This document shows, piece after piece, positions 19,023-27,813 of a stretch of DNA of 64,000 nucleotides. The translations under genes and the position numbers were made by a program. Position 1 is the first letter of the stretch, and every line of letters begins with the position of its first letter. Location: contig CAXXYE010000003.1 in the NCBI GenBank assembly GCA_963674865.2, positions 32,001 to 96,000 on the forward strand, given 5' to 3'. Under the pieces are notes generated by a model, which saw only the letters and a list, made by a program, of their open reading frames with translations, did no database searches and had not been told where the DNA came from. Source of the DNA: Candidatus Hydrogenedentota bacterium (GTDB lineage Bacteria; Hydrogenedentota; Hydrogenedentia; Hydrogenedentales; SLHB01).

Positions 19023-19916
19023 ATGAAGATCGTCGCGGACTGGCACATCCATTCGCAGAATTCGTGCGATCAAGCTTGCATGACTCTTGCCGACCTTGTC
19101 GCCGAGGCCGACACCAAAGGCATCCGTGATTTGGGCCTTACGGATCATCTGCACACGCCCTACAACCTGCCGGATGTTGCCAAATCCCGAGCGGAATTCC
19201 TCTCTATCGGGCCTTCTCCCCGTTTCCATTTTGGCATCGAAGTAAGCTGTGTGTCGCAGTGGGAGCTTGAGGAAATAGCACGTGGAGAGTACCAAGATCC
19301 CACCTACGGGTTGCGCTCAGGAGGCCGAGCCGGGTGCGAATTGGCCATCGGGATCACGGCGGAACATATCCGGGCCTATCAGATCGAATATGTCGTTGGC
19401 GGCACACACTGGCCCCTGTACGTTCCCATGGAACGCCAAGCCGTCATCCGGGATTATCACCGACAAAACATGTTTCTGGCGACGCATCCGCTCGTGGATA
19501 TTGTCGCCCATTCCTGGTGGTGGATGGGACATTGGCAGGACAGCAACGGGGACTACCCGGCCGAGCCCTGGTTTGACGATTTTGGTGTGATTCCCTGCTC
19601 GATGCACAATGAGTTTGCCGCCGCAGCGGCGGAGTCCGGCACGAAGGTGGAAATCAACATTGGGGCCAACCTCCTCAATCCGCATTATCCCGAGAGGTTT
19701 GTCGCCGCATACTTGGAGTACCTGTCAGAACTGCAATCGCAAGGAGTCTGCCTCAGCATCGGTTCGGACTGTCACTCCGCTCACTATGACGTCGATTTCG
19801 ACAGGGCCGCTCACATGTTGGAAGGTGCAGGAATCATTGATGACTTCTGGTGTCTTGGGCCGAGAACAAACGAGAACAGGGCTGCCAAGAAGCCAAATGC
19901 ACGCGACGGCTCATAG
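19023..19916 (+). CDS. PHP-domain (histidinol phosphatase-like) metallohydrolase
   Basis: ADWHIHS, GLTDHLH, GIEVS, IVAH, IGSDCHS motifs. Confidence 0.85.
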   Translation: MKIVADWHIHSQNSCDQACMTLADLVAEADTKGIRDLGLTDHLHTPYNLPDVAKSRAEFLSIGPSPRFHFGIEVSCVSQWELEEIARGEYQDPTYGLRSGGRAGCELAIGITAEHIRAYQIEYVVGGTHWPLYVPMERQAVIRDYHRQNMFLATHPLVDIVAHSWWWMGHWQDSNGDYPAEPWFDDFGVIPCSMHNEFAAAAAESGTKVEINIGANLLNPHYPERFVAAYLEYLSELQSQGVCLSIGSDCHSAHYDVDFDRAAHMLEGAGIIDDFWCLGPRTNENRAAKKPNARDGS

Positions 19917-19941
19917 CCGCGCGTGATCCGCGGCGTCGGCA
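19883..19941 (+). other. Degenerate attC-like site 2
   Basis: TGCCAAG-AAGCC-AAATGCACGCGACGGCT-CAT-AGCCGCGCGTGATCCGCGGC-GTCGGCA hairpin; both core triplets are non-canonical (AAG, GTC). Confidence 0.45.
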
Positions 19942-20470
19942 AGGACCGGGGTGATTCCTCCAACAAGCTGCGAAAAGCGTCGGCCGTCAAATAGCCTCGC
20001 CTCTCGGCAACCGTGCCGTCCAGGAGTCCTTCGAACTCGCGTCCCAGCGCCTGCGCGACCTTGTTGGCCACGCGGGGATTGCGCGTTCGCCGGAGGCGAA
20101 TTGCCGACTGGCAGGGACGTGTCCCGTGGAACGCGGCCGCGTTCAACACAGGCCGAAAGATGCGGCTCGTGCCGGACGTATCGAATGGCCGAGTGCTTGC
20201 CCTCACCGGTGAGGATGGGCGCCAGGGCGCGCCTCGTTGGTTTCCTTGCCGCCGAAGATACCGAGTTGCTTCAGAATCATGGTTCGGGTTTCTTGTTGTC
20301 TTGGGAGTTAGCCCAATGCTGGCCTCGTCTTCGGGGTGTCATGCGAGTTTCACGTTGCGCACTGACGCAGTTGAAACCGTCAGTCTTGAGATGCAAAACT
20401 GGATGCGGCAAGTAGGCCGGGGTTTGCTGCCGTCCCGCAGGACAACGACAGGGGAGGATTTCCTGGACTG

Positions 20471-22690
20471 ATGGGTGAGGCGAGAAGCGACAAAAAGAAA
20501 TTCTCTGAAGCCAGTCGACTCTATGCGCAGGGAGAGTATCAGCAGGCACTCATGCTCCTTGAAGAGCTGCGCGCCGCCTATCCCGGCACGCAGAACATCA
20601 TGTTTCCCATTGCTCTATGTCTACGAAAGCTCGGCAAGCATCAAGAAGCTGTCCGGCTCTGTAAAGAGCTCGTCGAGAAGTTTCAGCATTCCAAGGCCAA
20701 AGAGCTCAAGCAAGAGATCCTCGCTAACCTCCGCCAACAGCGGAAAACCGCGCCACTCCAAACGGGCTCGCTCAAGAAGACCCCGAGCAAGCAAGCACGT
20801 CACGCAAAGAACGGCAATGAGCCGCGTGATAATGTGCGGCGGCGCGGCGTATTCAAGCTGAAGAGAGAAGAACTCATGACGCTTGCAGAGAACGACCCCG
20901 ATGAAGCAGTGCGGGAGGCTGCGGCGCGGCGTCTGGAGGAGGCATATCCCAAATGGCAGCACCCAAATCCCGAAGTGCGGCTACAGGCTATTGCCGAACT
21001 ATGCGACGAAAAGATCCTATCGAACCTCGCACAGGGACACGCTGACGAAGCTGTACGCGAAGCCGCCTCGCAGCGCCGGGATCAGGTGCGCCAGGAGAAT
21101 CGGTTGCTCAGCTCGTTTCAAACGTTCAACACATGGAAGCATGAACTCACTTCTGACGAGATCATGTTTGGACTCGTGAGGTCCGTGTGTTTGAGCTCTG
21201 ATGGGCGACTTGTGCTAGCAGCAGGTACGGAAACAGTGAAAGTGTGGAGTGCAGAGACCGGTTCCTTACTCCGTACGTACGAAGGCCACGCCGGAGAGTC
21301 ATGCTGTCAGTTGCACTCCGTCAATATCAGCGAGGACGGGCAATGGGTTCTGTCTGGAAGCGCTGGCAGTGTGCAGCTATGGAACGTCGAAACGGGTGAG
21401 TGCACATATACATTCCGCGGCCCCACACCACTGGCAATCGAATCAAGTCACCTGAGCGCGAATGCACAATGGGCCTTGTCCGGAGGCGTGGATAAGACAG
21501 TGAGGATCTGGGAGCCCAAGCACGGTGGACGTAGAAGTACTCTTAAGGGCCACACTGACGGGGTTAACGCCGTCTGCCTGAGCGCGGATTCCAGATGGGC
21601 TCTATCCGGAAGCCTGGACAAGACCGTGCGCCTATGGAATGTGGAGAGCGGCGAGTGCACCCGCATCTTAGAGGGCTCCACCGGCGGGGTCAGGGCCGTG
21701 TGCCTGAGCGCGGACGGACGCCGTGCCCTCTCGGGAGGCGGTGACAGCACCGTGCGGCTCTGGGACCTGGAGGCGGGCATCCGCATACACACTCTAATAG
21801 GCCATACGGGCGACGTGACCAGCGTTTCGATGAGCGCGGACGGACGATGGGCCCTGTCCGGCAGCTCTGAAAGTAGCGTCCGACTTTGGGATTTGGAGGC
21901 CGGCAAGTGTATGCGCACTTTTGAGGAACGTGATTTCAGCGCATACTCCGTTTTCCTCAGCGCAGATGCGCGGTGGGGAGTGTCCGGTGGCTATGGCGAC
22001 ACCGTGAACCTGTTGAGGCTCGCGCCCCTTACTCTGGGAGAACCGCCACTATCGGAGATTCTCGCCTCTCACCCGGGCGCACTCGATGTCGCGAGAGACG
22101 CAGAGCCGACTTTGGGGGCGCTCTCTGAACCGCCGAAGAAATCAGCCGAACTTAAGTTCTACGGGCGGTGCTCTCATAGGGCAGGAGTATGTCCGAAGTG
22201 CTGTTTGCACTGCGCCGTTGAGGCCGGCAGTATCAGCGACGTGAGAAGTCTGCTTGCGGCCAACGCAGATCCCAACCTGCTCTGGGTAGACGGGGGCCCA
22301 CTGCACTACATATGGCATGGACCGGAATATGGCCCTGACACTCTTGACAGTCTCTTGAGGATCCTCATCGAAGCCGGTGCGGACATAGAGCAACGCAATT
22401 ATTACGAGCAGACGCCATTACACCTCGCTGTCGTCAATGGCCGGCTTCCAGTGATCGAGAGACTGCTTGCGATGGGGGCTTCCAGAAAGACCACCGACCT
22501 TGATGGGAATAATCTGCTCCATTCTGCAGTTCTGTCCGATATCCCCAGATGTCAGCAGAATCGCAGACAGATCATCAGTGCTCTCATTGAGTCCGGCGTG
22601 AGCACATTGGACTGCAACGCTCGCGGTGAGACTCCGAAGGAACTCGCTAAGTCGAAAGGACGCTCAGGGTCGGTTGTCAGGATGCTGTGA
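20471..22690 (+). CDS. TPR / HEAT-like / WD40 / ankyrin multi-repeat protein
   Basis: N-terminal TPR-like helices; DEAVREAAA-type repeats; about 7 GH..V..V.LSADG..ALSGS.D.TVRLW units; C-terminal TPLHLAV/NLLHSAV ankyrin units. Confidence 0.85.
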   Translation: MGEARSDKKKFSEASRLYAQGEYQQALMLLEELRAAYPGTQNIMFPIALCLRKLGKHQEAVRLCKELVEKFQHSKAKELKQEILANLRQQRKTAPLQTGSLKKTPSKQARHAKNGNEPRDNVRRRGVFKLKREELMTLAENDPDEAVREAAARRLEEAYPKWQHPNPEVRLQAIAELCDEKILSNLAQGHADEAVREAASQRRDQVRQENRLLSSFQTFNTWKHELTSDEIMFGLVRSVCLSSDGRLVLAAGTETVKVWSAETGSLLRTYEGHAGESCCQLHSVNISEDGQWVLSGSAGSVQLWNVETGECTYTFRGPTPLAIESSHLSANAQWALSGGVDKTVRIWEPKHGGRRSTLKGHTDGVNAVCLSADSRWALSGSLDKTVRLWNVESGECTRILEGSTGGVRAVCLSADGRRALSGGGDSTVRLWDLEAGIRIHTLIGHTGDVTSVSMSADGRWALSGSSESSVRLWDLEAGKCMRTFEERDFSAYSVFLSADARWGVSGGYGDTVNLLRLAPLTLGEPPLSEILASHPGALDVARDAEPTLGALSEPPKKSAELKFYGRCSHRAGVCPKCCLHCAVEAGSISDVRSLLAANADPNLLWVDGGPLHYIWHGPEYGPDTLDSLLRILIEAGADIEQRNYYEQTPLHLAVVNGRLPVIERLLAMGASRKTTDLDGNNLLHSAVLSDIPRCQQNRRQIISALIESGVSTLDCNARGETPKELAKSKGRSGSVVRML

Positions 22691-22821
22691 GCGTGGCCCA
22701 TCGGTAGTGTGATGAGCGTCAATCCGCTGGATGGAGGCGGGTGATAAAGGGGGCAGCAAGCCGTTATTTCCCAACGCCGCGAAATGCCACATCCAATTCC
22801 GGGCAGTCGGTGCAGCCGTAC

Positions 22822-24048
22822 TCACGCGTGTTGCCGGTATACCTCGAGGGCGGCGGGGAAGGGTTCGAGGGCGCGTTCGAAGATGCCGAGGCTGTAGGCG
22901 ATCACCAAGCCGTAATTCGAGATGGGCACGCCGGCTTGGCGGCAGCGCAGGATGCGGCTGAGCATTTCCCGCCGGTTGGATGTGCACGCGCCGCAGTGGA
23001 TCACGAGTTTGTAGGGCGACAGATCCTCCGGGAAGTCGTGGCCCTGCACGTGCTCGAATTCGAGCTTGCCGCCGACGTATTGCGTGAGCCAGCGGGGGAT
23101 TTTTACGCGGCCGATGTCGTCGGCGATGGGATGGTGGCTGCAATGCTCCGCGACGAGGACGCGGTCGCCCGTCTTGAGCTTGTCCACCGCGACCGTGCCC
23201 TCGACCTGGGCGGTGAGGTCGCCCCGGAAGCGGGCGAAGAGGATGCTGAAGCTCGTCATGGGGATGTTGGGCGGCGTGTCGGCGGCCACCTTCAGGAAGG
23301 CTTGCGAATCGGTGACGACGAGCTTCGGGGGAACCTTCAGGCGCTCCAGGGCGGCGCGAAGCTCGCGCTCCTTCACCACCATGCAGAAGGCGTCGCTGTC
23401 GAGCAAGTCACGTATGGACTGCACCTGCGGCATGATCAGGCGTCCTTTCGGCGCTTCCTTGTCGATGGGGACGACGAGCACGGCCATCTCGCCCGCCCCG
23501 ACGAGGTCGCCGAGGATGGCGGGGTGGGTGACGAACTCCTCCGGCGCGGCTTCGAGCAGGGCCTGGCGGAAGTCCAGTATGCCGCGCCCGCTGGGGGCGT
23601 TGGTGCGAACCATGCGGACGTTGAGGCCCGTCAGGCGCTCGACGATGCCGGGATTGGGCTCCTGGAGGTCGATCTTGTTGAAGACGACGACAATGGGGAC
23701 ATTGCGCGCGGCGAGTTCCTCGAGAATGCCGTCTTCGAAGGGCCCCCAGTGGCCGGCCTCGACGACGATAACGCCCAGGTCGGTGCGCTCGAAGACTTGA
23801 CGCGTGCGATCGACGCGGAGTTCCCCGAGGGCCCCGATGTCATCGATGCCGGCGGTGTCGATGAAGAGCACCGGGCCGAGCGGCAGGAGTTCCATGGGCT
23901 TCTCGACGGGGTCGGTGGTGGTGCCGGCCTGATCGGACACGATCGAGACCTGCTGGCGCGTGATGGCGTTCAGCAGGCTCGATTTGCCGACGTTCCGGCG
24001 TCCGAAGAGGCCGATGTGAAGACGAAAACTCTTGGGGGCCTTCTGCAC
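22822..24048 (-). CDS. hydF: [FeFe]-hydrogenase maturation GTPase HydF
   Basis: GRRNVGKSS, TTTDPV, DTAG, NKID GTPase motifs; CSHH...HCGAC cluster ligands; GTG start at 24048 with GAGGA RBS. Confidence 0.95.
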   Translation of the reverse strand: MQKAPKSFRLHIGLFGRRNVGKSSLLNAITRQQVSIVSDQAGTTTDPVEKPMELLPLGPVLFIDTAGIDDIGALGELRVDRTRQVFERTDLGVIVVEAGHWGPFEDGILEELAARNVPIVVVFNKIDLQEPNPGIVERLTGLNVRMVRTNAPSGRGILDFRQALLEAAPEEFVTHPAILGDLVGAGEMAVLVVPIDKEAPKGRLIMPQVQSIRDLLDSDAFCMVVKERELRAALERLKVPPKLVVTDSQAFLKVAADTPPNIPMTSFSILFARFRGDLTAQVEGTVAVDKLKTGDRVLVAEHCSHHPIADDIGRVKIPRWLTQYVGGKLEFEHVQGHDFPEDLSPYKLVIHCGACTSNRREMLSRILRCRQAGVPISNYGLVIAYSLGIFERALEPFPAALEVYRQHA

Positions 24049-24158
24049 GATGTCATTCCTCACTCGTGACTAAGCCGCCAGCGCTGCTGGTGGGAATCGA
24101 CACGGCTTTGCCGTGCCGGCGTTTCTTTCTGACGGGATAACGGGATGTGCCCAAATCC

Positions 24159-24410
24159 GGAGGCTCGAAGCCCGCGCCGCAATATGCAGGCTGGAAGCCT
24201 GCGCCACAATACGCAAGCCGGAAAACCGCTCCACAATCCGGAGGCTGGAAGCCTGTGCCACAATAGGGCCCTTCTCTGGACTTTGGCGAGCGCGCCGGAG
24301 ATTGTAGCGCAGGCATCTTGCCTGCCGGAGATTGTGGTGCAGGCATCCTGCCTGCCTTCGGCGCGCGTGCTTGGGATGCAGGACCACGCCCACCTGCGGA
24401 TTCTGGGATG
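24159..24410. repeat. REPIN-like element (copy 2) with tandemly amplified REP units
   Basis: About 4 GGCTGGAAGCCTGCGCCACAAT-like units facing 2 ATTGTRGYGCAGGCATCYTGCCTGC units; flanks shared with 6967-7130. Confidence 0.75.
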
Positions 24411-24511
24411 TGCAACACACGTTGATCTTACGATTCCCTTGCTTGGCTTGTGCGGAGAAGGGCCAATTCTGTGAATCTTGTACATCCTGTCCAAAAAGCT
24501 CTTCGGCCCGC

Positions 24512-25933
24512 TCAATCGGCGGGCGGCACGGGCGGCGTGCCCAGCCGGCAGACGGCCTCGGGACTGATGCGTTCGTCGAATTGCTCCTCCGTGAGCCATC
24601 CTTCGGCCAACACGACCTCCCGGATGGTTTGCCCTGTCCGTTGGGCGGTTTGGGCCACGGCACAGGCCCGCTCATAGCCTAAGGCGGGCAGCAGCGCCGT
24701 GACGGTAGCAGTCGAACCGTCCACATGGGCGCGGCACCGGGCCTCGTCGGCCTCGATGCCCTCGACGCAATGGACGCGAAGTACATCGCACGCCCGGGCG
24801 AGCAGGGCGCAACTGTCGAGCAGGCACGCGGCCACCAGCGGCAGGAACGCGTTGAGTTCAAGATTGCCCGCGGCGCACGCGGCGGCGATGGTGGCGTCAT
24901 GGCCCATGACAAGCATGGCCACTTGGCTGACGGCCTCCGGGATCACCGGATTCACCTTCCCCGGCATGATGGAGGAGCCGGCCTGTTTAGCCGGCAGGCG
25001 GATTTCGCCGAGCCCCGCCTCGGGCCCCGAGGAAAGCAGCCGCAGATCCGTGCACACCTTGAGCAGCGACGCGGCGCAGGCCTTGAGAATGCCGGATACT
25101 TCAACGAAGACATCCGCGTTCTGCGTGGCCTCGACGAGATTCTCCGCGCGGGCGAAGCCGATGCCGGTGAGTTCGCGGAGGGATTCCACCACACGGAAGA
25201 TGTATTGCCGGGGGGCGGCGAGGCCGGTGCCAATGGCCGTGCCGCCGAGATTGACGACGCGCAGCCGCTCTTCGCACTTGTAGACGCGCCAGCGATCGCG
25301 CGAGAACGCTTCGGCGTAGGCGCCCATCTCGCGTCCGAGCGTGGTGAGCACGGCGTCCTGGAGTTGCGTGCGGCCGACCTTGACGACGTGGGCGAATTCC
25401 TTCTCCTTGGCCTGAAAGGCCTCCTGCAAGGATACGAGGCGCTCTTCGAGCACGTGCAGGAGGCGGATGGCGGCCAGTTTCAGGGCCGTCGGGAACGTGT
25501 CATTCGTCGATTGGTGGCGGTTGACGTCGTCGAGAGGCGAAACACGCTCATACCGGCCGTGCGGTTCCCCGAGTAGTTCGAGGGCGCGGTTGGCCAGCAC
25601 CTCGTTGACGTTCATGTTGGTGCTCGTGCCGGCGCCGCCTTGGAGCCTGTCCACGACGACGTGCTCGGTGAGTCGCCCTTCGGCCATCTCGGCACACGCC
25701 CGCACGATGGCGTCGGCCTTGGCGTCGTCGTCTCGCCAGACGCCGAGGGCCTGGTTGGTGAGGGCGCACGCCTGCTTCACGACGCCATAGGCCGCGACGA
25801 GTTCAGGATGCACGGGCCCGGCGCCGAGTGGGAAGTTCTCGAGTGCGCGCGCCGTATGGACGCCGTACATCGCGTCCTCGGGCACCGGCTTCTCGCCCAG
25901 CAGGTCGTGCTCAGTGCGATGGGGCTGGGACAT
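24512..25933 (-). CDS. aspA: Aspartate ammonia-lyase (fumarase/aspartase superfamily)
   Basis: GGAGTSTNMNVNEV, HQSTNDTFPTA, GRTQLQDA, GSSIMPGKVNPVIPE signature. Confidence 0.9.
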   Translation of the reverse strand: MSQPHRTEHDLLGEKPVPEDAMYGVHTARALENFPLGAGPVHPELVAAYGVVKQACALTNQALGVWRDDDAKADAIVRACAEMAEGRLTEHVVVDRLQGGAGTSTNMNVNEVLANRALELLGEPHGRYERVSPLDDVNRHQSTNDTFPTALKLAAIRLLHVLEERLVSLQEAFQAKEKEFAHVVKVGRTQLQDAVLTTLGREMGAYAEAFSRDRWRVYKCEERLRVVNLGGTAIGTGLAAPRQYIFRVVESLRELTGIGFARAENLVEATQNADVFVEVSGILKACAASLLKVCTDLRLLSSGPEAGLGEIRLPAKQAGSSIMPGKVNPVIPEAVSQVAMLVMGHDATIAAACAAGNLELNAFLPLVAACLLDSCALLARACDVLRVHCVEGIEADEARCRAHVDGSTATVTALLPALGYERACAVAQTAQRTGQTIREVVLAEGWLTEEQFDERISPEAVCRLGTPPVPPAD

Positions 25934-25947
25934 GTAAGGCAATCCGA

Positions 25948-26208
25948 CTACGGGTGGTCAAAGACCATTTTCTGGACTTCGACGCCCTCGATGGCGGTAA
26001 GGTCTTTGGCCAGGGCGTCGCAGGCCGCATCATCATCGACGATCTCCAGGATGATCAAGCCGTTGGGCGAGCAGACATTGCTGCTGGTTTCATGGAGTCC
26101 GAGGCGGGTGCGGATGACGTCGCCATGCTGGGTGAAGGCATCCTGCACTGAGCCGGCGCGTTTGACGCGATCCGTGATGTGTACACCGAGAACGTAGTGT
26201 TTGTCCAT
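25948..26208 (-). CDS. TM1266-family iron-only hydrogenase system regulator-like small protein
   Basis: 86 aa, LGVHITDR...VQ..FT.HGDVIRTRLGLHE; sits next to hydG. Confidence 0.7.
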   Translation of the reverse strand: MDKHYVLGVHITDRVKRAGSVQDAFTQHGDVIRTRLGLHETSSNVCSPNGLIILEIVDDDAACDALAKDLTAIEGVEVQKMVFDHP

Positions 26209-26290
26209 GTGCCTATCTCCTTACGCTACAGGTTTCTACTGGTGTGCGTCATCCTGATGGGCCATTATCAGAGAAGGACGCGCAAGCGTA

Positions 26291-26358
26291 GCAAAAAAAG
26301 GACTGACGCATGCGAGTCCGCCAAAGGCGGACGAGACGTGTCTGTCCCTTTTCTTGCG
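26291..26358. repeat. REP-like hairpin family, copy 2
   Basis: GGACTGACGCATGCGAGTCCGCC..GGCGGACGAGACGTGTCTGTCCC, nearly identical to the copy at ~46.82 kb. Confidence 0.75.
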
Positions 26359-26400
26359 AAACGAGTTCTGCATAATGGCCATTAACTCCAAAGCGCCCCC

Positions 26401-27813
26401 CTAGCAGAAGATGTCCCGCTGGCCTTCGCGAACTCGCTCGAGCAGCTTGCGGGATGTCTCCCGCGGCTTCGCCTCCATACGGCGGAGCGTCTCCTCGATC
26501 AGCCGCTCTCCAACAACTTGCGTCTCCGGGCTGCCGTAGTCGAGCAGGTACTCCTGGAAAGTGGACAGGGCGTTCGGGTCGCAGTGTTCCTTGATTTTCC
26601 CCGGCTTGGCCAAGTCCATGAAGTCCATGCCCGTGCGGCCAAGGCGGTAGCATGCCGTGCAGAACGAGGGAATGTAGCCGAGCGAGGCCACGTCTCGGAT
26701 GACCTCATCGAGAGGCCGGTGGTCGCCAAGTTGGAACTGGCTGCTGTCCTCGACGTCTTCCGCGTAGCCGCCGGGATTAGTGCGGCTGCCCGCGGAGATC
26801 TGGGATACGCCGAGGGCGAAGGTTTCGCGCCGGATGTTGGGCGTTTCGCGCGTGGACATAATGATGCCCGTGTAAGGTACCGTCAGCCGCAGAATGGCTA
26901 CGATTTTCCGAAAGTCGATGTCGGAGACGGGCATGGGTGGCTGGCTGGCCAACTGGGCGCCCACCGCAGGTTCAAGCCGCGGCACGCTGATGGTGTGCGG
27001 CCCCACGCCGAAGAGCTTCTCGAGATGGCGGATGTGCTGCATCATGGCGAGGATCTCAAACCGCCAGTCAGCCAATCCAAACAGCACTCCGATGCCTACG
27101 TCGTCAATGCCGGCTTCCATAGCGCGATCCATGGCGGTAACACGCCAGTCGTAATCGGCCTTTTTCCCCGCAACGTGGACGCGCTCATAGGTTTCCCGGT
27201 GATACGTCTCCTGGAAGAGCTGGTAGGTGCCGATTTCCGCCGCCTTGAGCTGCCGGAATTCCTCGACGCTCAACGGCGCGACGTTCACATTGACGCGCCG
27301 GATTTCCCCGTGCCCCTTCTTGGTGCCATAGATCGTGCCAACGGTCTTCAGGACGTAGTTGAAGCCCTCTTGGGGATAGGACTCACCCGCCACGAGCAGG
27401 ATGCGCTTGTGCCCTTGCTCGATGAGGATGGTGACCTCCCGGGCGATCTCCTCCTGAGTCAGCGCGCGTCGCTGCACTTCCTTGTTGCGGGCGCGGAAGG
27501 CGCAGTAGAGGCACTCGTTGGCGCAGAGATTGGAAATGTATAGAGGCGCGAACAACACGAGGCGCTGCCCGTAGATCGTCTCCTTTACGTACCGCGCCGC
27601 ATCAAAGAGTTCGCTGAGGAGTTCGGGATCGCTGATGCCCGTCAGGACGGCCGTCTCCTCCATATCGAGTCCCTTGAGTTCGCGTGATTTCGCGAGTACC
27701 TCGCGAACGCGCGCGGCATCGCGCACGTTTCCGGCTTCGAGGGCTTGGTTGACGCCGGGTTCGTCGATAGGCACCGTGCCGTATTCGGATGTCTTCCCGA
27801 TAGTGGTAGTCAT
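26401..27813 (-). CDS. hydG: [FeFe]-hydrogenase maturase HydG (radical SAM)
   Basis: FAPLYISNLCANECLYCAF, IGTYQLFQETYH, GPHTISVPRLEPA, C-terminal SFCTACYR..C. Confidence 0.96.
   Translation of the reverse strand: MTTTIGKTSEYGTVPIDEPGVNQALEAGNVRDAARVREVLAKSRELKGLDMEETAVLTGISDPELLSELFDAARYVKETIYGQRLVLFAPLYISNLCANECLYCAFRARNKEVQRRALTQEEIAREVTILIEQGHKRILLVAGESYPQEGFNYVLKTVGTIYGTKKGHGEIRRVNVNVAPLSVEEFRQLKAAEIGTYQLFQETYHRETYERVHVAGKKADYDWRVTAMDRAMEAGIDDVGIGVLFGLADWRFEILAMMQHIRHLEKLFGVGPHTISVPRLEPAVGAQLASQPPMPVSDIDFRKIVAILRLTVPYTGIIMSTRETPNIRRETFALGVSQISAGSRTNPGGYAEDVEDSSQFQLGDHRPLDEVIRDVASLGYIPSFCTACYRLGRTGMDFMDLAKPGKIKEHCDPNALSTFQEYLLDYGSPETQVVGERLIEETLRRMEAKPRETSRKLLERVREGQRDIFC

Larger units (their letters stand above)
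17778..20021 (+). repeat. 87-bp direct repeat of the hydE 3' end (17778-17864 and 19935-20021) bracketing an insertion
   Basis: 72/87 identical; the last 30 bp (TAGCCTCGCCTCTCGGCAACCGTGCCGTCC) are identical. Confidence 0.9.
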
